Sequence record: NZ_CP093950.1
DNA from: a plasmid
Length of the DNA stretch: 6,174 nt
Reading direction: 5' to 3' (one strand)
Every line of letters starts with the position of its first letter. The stretch's first letter is position 1. The notes under the pieces were generated by a model. The model had not been told where the DNA came from, did not search any database, and was given only the letters and a program-made list of their open reading frames with translations. A program made the translations under genes and the position numbers. Below, piece after piece: positions 5,970 through 6,174 of the stretch.

Positions 5970-6174
5970 CTCCTTCCAGTCGCAAGACTGTCGGATAGGC
6001 GACAAGTTATTATATCTTAAAAAATTAAACTTGTGTGGTGTTTTTAAGTATCGCTTATTTTAGGGTTGTTAGGGCTTGCCCTGACCGCCTGTAAGGCGCT
6101 TTAAAGCTAGATAAGGATTTTTATCCAAGACTGTCTTAAAACGGCTTAGATAAGCATTCAGAACCGCTCAAAGG

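Overview
This window reads as a complete or nearly complete small (~6.2 kb) mobilizable theta-type plasmid of enterococcal/lactic-acid-bacterial type, linearised inside a non-coding region. All supported genes are on the + strand. In order: (1) a replication origin with short direct repeats in an AT-rich stretch, four tandem 22-bp iterons, an inverted half-iteron overlapping a near-consensus promoter, then repA (Rep_3-family initiator), a translationally coupled repB-like HTH/coiled-coil gene and a small signal-peptide ORF; (2) a sec-dependent class IIa (pediocin-like, YGNGL-type) bacteriocin prepeptide gene with its cognate immunity gene; (3) a pC221-like mobilization cassette: candidate oriT, then mobC, mobA (His-triad relaxase) and mobB overlapping mobA in another frame; (4) an uncharacterised 229-aa two-TM protein coupled to the mob operon, followed by a strong terminator and ~500 bp of non-coding DNA that wraps to the origin. 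From memory, the mature bacteriocin resembles the bacteriocin 31 / bacteriocin 43 / T8 / hiracin JM79 group and the layout resembles small plasmids such as pDT1. I could not run any search, so this is recollection, not a database result. The least explained parts are the 229-aa membrane protein, the 56-aa secreted-type peptide behind repB, and the repeat-bearing non-coding region after the last terminator.
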